Shown here piece by piece: positions 60,973-64,000 of a stretch of 64,000 nucleotides of DNA (positions are counted from its first letter, which is position 1; every line of letters starts with the position of its first letter). A model generated the notes under the pieces. The model made no database searches, was not told the origin of the DNA, and worked only from the letters and a program-made list of their open reading frames with translations. The stretch is from Tolypothrix carrinoi HA7290-LM1 (lineage in GTDB: Bacteria > Cyanobacteriota > Cyanobacteriia > Cyanobacteriales > Nostocaceae), in the NCBI GenBank assembly GCA_019358935.1, contig JAHHIK010000023.1, positions 1 to 64,000 of the forward strand, read 5' to 3'. The translations under genes and the position numbers were made by a program.

Positions 60973-61072
60973 TAAGGCGCGGTAGAGACGTGACGGCGGA
61001 ACGTCTGTACTAAAGTTAGGAGTCAGGAGTCATAAAGCACGTATACCCCATTGGTGACAAGTTAAGCCTGTA

Positions 61073-61165
61073 ATATCAAATCCGGTTAAACAACCACACT
61101 AAAAATAAGCTACAACCCCCTGTGTTACTTGATTGAAACTATGTGCAATCAGCCGGATTTGATAT
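61073..61165. mobile_element. 93-bp MITE with TA flanks
   Basis: TA-ATATCAAATCCGG...CCGGATTTGATAT-TA; perfect 13-bp TIR. Confidence 0.8.
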
Positions 61166-61256
61166 TACTTGGTTTGCAAATAAACTATGGTTGTGGCGAT
61201 TTTAATAAGTCAATAATCAAAGATAAATTCGACACAAAAATTTTAAATTTTTGCTA

Positions 61257-61808
61257 TCATTTGTTGATAATTTGCTCCACCAAAATAGAAACATCTGGGA
61301 ATGCAAGCGGTTGAATTGTTCCCGCAGTTAGTGTCAGTTTTGTCGCGTAATCTCCGTCTAGAGGTTCTCTAAACACCACCAAATGTAACTTTTTGAGATT
61401 TACAACCCAATACTCAGGAATACCCACTTCAGCGTAAATTTTGCTTTTTATTTCTAAATCTTTCTCCAAACTAGAGTTAGCATACTCAATCAACCAAAAA
61501 ATATTTTCTGGATAAGGGTGATGCTCTCGATAATCGCGCCCTAAACGTTGGACAATGGCAATATCTGGCTCTGGTTCGGAATCGTTGGGTAAGGTGATAG
61601 GTTTGGCTTGACGTATTGTGGCACGTTCAGCCAGTAATTTTGCCAGATACTCTCCAGCTTCATGACTACAATAAGCGTGTGGTTCTCCTTCTGGGGACAT
61701 TTCGACAATTTCTCCCTTAAGCAGTTCAACTTGGCGATCGCGCAAAATTTCAGCAGCAATCATCCGGTGATATTCGTCAATCGTCCACTTAGCAGCGATA
61801 AAAGTCAT
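61257..61808 (-). CDS. Uma2-family (DUF820) putative endonuclease
   Basis: WTIDEYHRM, VELLKGEIVEMSP, SEPEPD, LIE...SSLEKD...K..IYA..GIPEYWVV. Confidence 0.92.
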   Translation of the reverse strand: MTFIAAKWTIDEYHRMIAAEILRDRQVELLKGEIVEMSPEGEPHAYCSHEAGEYLAKLLAERATIRQAKPITLPNDSEPEPDIAIVQRLGRDYREHHPYPENIFWLIEYANSSLEKDLEIKSKIYAEVGIPEYWVVNLKKLHLVVFREPLDGDYATKLTLTAGTIQPLAFPDVSILVEQIINK

Positions 61809-62009
61809 GCGATCGCCTAGCGACTCAATAATGAGTATCGCTCCTCCCAATGATTATTTTATTTTCCCATATTAAAGCATTCTAATTATTCACACTCACG
61901 GCTCAACACTCGCTGTCCATTTGCGAGTTTATACATACTTTGAGGTTCAATAATCGGATCACCTATAATTTTGCCATTAGGTGTAGTGCGATCGCTCATC
62001 AATTCGTTT

Positions 62010-62882
62010 CTACAAATACTTCTGCAACAACAACCTCAACTTCTCTTTTGTTGCCGCCGGCGCTTTTTCCAAATTAGTCAAAATCGCATACTTCAAGGCT
62101 GAATGAGCATCACTATGCGGTGGATTTTCACTTAAACGACGTACAGTTTCTTGAATTACCTTTTGAGCATTTACCGCATTCCGCTGTAAATTTGCAATCA
62201 CCATTTCCACCGTCACGCTATCGTGATCTGAGTGCCAGCAATCATAATCTGTTACCAACGCTAAAGTTGCATAAGCAATTTCTGCTTCCCGCGCTAACTT
62301 CGCTTCTGGTAAATTCGTCATTCCGATTACCGTTGCACCCCAACTGCGGTAAAGATGCGATTCTGCCTTAGTCGAAAATGCCGGTCCTTCCATGCAGACA
62401 TAAGTGCCACCGCGATGCAGACTTACATTTGGTAGATTGAGAGAAGCGATCGCATCCCCCAAAACTCCAGCCAAATTTCCACAAACCGGATCAGAAAAAG
62501 CAATGTGAGCCACAATTCCTTCCCCGAAGAAAGTCGAAACCCGATTTTTTGTTCTATCAATAAACTGATCCGGAACCACCATATCCAGTGGTTTAGCTTC
62601 TTCCTTCAACGAACCCACCGCACTAGCCGAAATTAAATACTCCACACCTAATTGCTTCATCGCATAGATATTTGCACGAAAAGGCAACTCGGAAGGCAAA
62701 AGCGTATGATTGCGACCGTGACGTGCCAAAAAAGCTACCTGCGTCCCGTCCAAAGTTCCCAAAATCAAAGCATCAGAAGGTGAACCAAACGGTGTATCAA
62801 CATGCACCTCCTCTACATCTTTGAGCGCATCCATCTTGTATAAACCGCTGCCACCAATAATCCCAATCTTCGCTTGAGCCAT
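62010..62882 (-). CDS. mtnP: S-methyl-5'-thioadenosine phosphorylase
   Basis: [50 protein letters not shown]. Confidence 0.96.
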   Translation of the reverse strand: MAQAKIGIIGGSGLYKMDALKDVEEVHVDTPFGSPSDALILGTLDGTQVAFLARHGRNHTLLPSELPFRANIYAMKQLGVEYLISASAVGSLKEEAKPLDMVVPDQFIDRTKNRVSTFFGEGIVAHIAFSDPVCGNLAGVLGDAIASLNLPNVSLHRGGTYVCMEGPAFSTKAESHLYRSWGATVIGMTNLPEAKLAREAEIAYATLALVTDYDCWHSDHDSVTVEMVIANLQRNAVNAQKVIQETVRRLSENPPHSDAHSALKYAILTNLEKAPAATKEKLRLLLQKYL

Positions 62883-62929
62883 GATTCTTAACCTGTAAAC
62901 GTAAAGGCAATGCCAAGTTATTTTACTAG

Positions 62930-63040
62930 GGAATGGGGATTAGTCATTAGTCAACAGTCAAAAGTCAAAAGTTATTTTCCTTGTCCCCGTGTCCCCTTGT
63001 CCCCGTGTCTCCTTGTCCCCGTGTCTCCTTGTCTCCCCAT
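62930..63040. repeat. STRR mosaic
   Basis: AGTCAAA/AGTCATT and CCTTGTCCCCGTGTC tandem repeats. Confidence 0.85.
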
Positions 63041-64000
63041 TACCCATTTTCTATCAACGATTTAAATTGAGAACGAATGCTGTTAAGTCGAGCGACATCG
63101 AAGGGTAATTGAACGGTAAAAGTGCTACCTTTACCTAATTCACTTTGTACGTTAAAGTTGCCTTGGTTTGCTTGAACAATTGCAAAAGCGATCGCCAAAC
63201 CTAATCCAGAACCACCACTGCTACGCGAGCGAGCCTCCTAAGGGAGGAGCTTCGCTAACGCTATTCACTCGATAAAAGCGATCAAAAATTCGCGGTATCT
63301 CTTGTTGCGGAATACCAATACCACTATCTTCAACTTGAATCACAGCATAATTCTCACTGCGATCTAAGACAACAGTGATTTTCCCCCCAGTTGGTGTATA
63401 TTGAATTGCATTCACAATTAAGTTAGAAATTAAACGATAAAGCTGATCGCAATTGCTGATAATATTGATAGGTTCATCCACTCGTATAGAAGATGTCAGC
63501 GTCACTTTGGCGCTATATGCCATTGCTGTAAATTCTTCTATTAAGTCACTGACAATTTCATTCAAGCAACATTTCTGTCGTAGTGTCGGTTGTCTATCCA
63601 AACGAGCCAGCAACAGCAAATCTGAAACCAGCGTAATCAGTCGCAAATTCTGACGCTGTAGAGTTTGTAGAATATCCCGTGCTTCTGCTTCATCCAGAGA
63701 AGGCATTAAAAGTGCTGATTCCACCGTCGCTTGTGTCGCTGCTAAAGGTGTTCGCAATTCATGTGCTGCATCCGCTGTAAACTGTTGAATCTGTCTGTAA
63801 GATTGGTAAATTGGTTGCATCGCTAATCCTGCTAACCACCAACTAGCAACAGCAACCAAACCCATTGCTAATGGCAATCCCAATGCTAAAATCAATTTTA
63901 CCGCATCTAGATAACTATTAAAGTCTTCAAGACTTCGCCCCACTTGGATGTATCCCCAATTGCGATTATCTTGGGTATGCAGTACAAAAGAAATTTGGTG
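63040..64000 (-). pseudogene. rppB: RppB/NrsS-like sensor histidine kinase (5' end outside window), frameshifted near its 3' end
   Basis: WGYIQVGRS, QQFTADAAHELRTP, NLIVNAIQY, DSGIG, FDRFYRV; the G2 box GGSGLGLAI and GKGSTF lie in another frame after an insertion. Confidence 0.8.
63233..63258. mobile_element. 26-nt hairpin-containing insertion within a HIP1 site (SDR5-like)
   Basis: GCGA|GCCTCCTAAGGGAGGAGCTTCGCTAA|CGC; replacing the insert with T restores GCGATCGC and the kinase frame ([14 protein letters not shown]). Confidence 0.85.

Overview
This is a chromosomal window from a heterocyst-forming (Nostocales-type) cyanobacterium. The assignment rests on abundant HIP1 (GCGATCGC) sites, many 7-9 bp STRR tracts, and cyanobacterial genes (ndhQ, cmpABCD, ftn2/ARC6, cyanobacterial hfq next to dapF). 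Most of it is core or housekeeping: two PAS histidine kinases, dapF, hfq, a CPA2 antiporter, a MocR regulator, an envelope cluster (M23 peptidase, L,D-transpeptidase, SigG-type ECF sigma and anti-sigma, class D beta-lactamase), pdhA, tRNA-Lys, fbaA, cmpABCD, sat, a pseudo-orthocaspase, mtnP and an rppB-like kinase. Over this lies a dense layer of tiny mobile or repeated DNA: an IS200/IS605 tnpB right end, TA-flanked MITEs, a HIP1-targeted insertion that frameshifts a kinase, GTAG palindromes, two related 21-bp arrays and a 115-bp direct repeat around a 2.1-kb regulator module. The best candidates for uncharacterised biology are (1) a probable operon in which a sulfate-binding protein heads pstSCAB and the PstS lacks its canonical phosphate-binding residues, and (2) a membrane PlsY domain fused to a rifampin-phosphotransferase-like dikinase. 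No CRISPR array, rRNA, integrase or prophage was seen. All family calls come from motif recognition and memory, not database searches.
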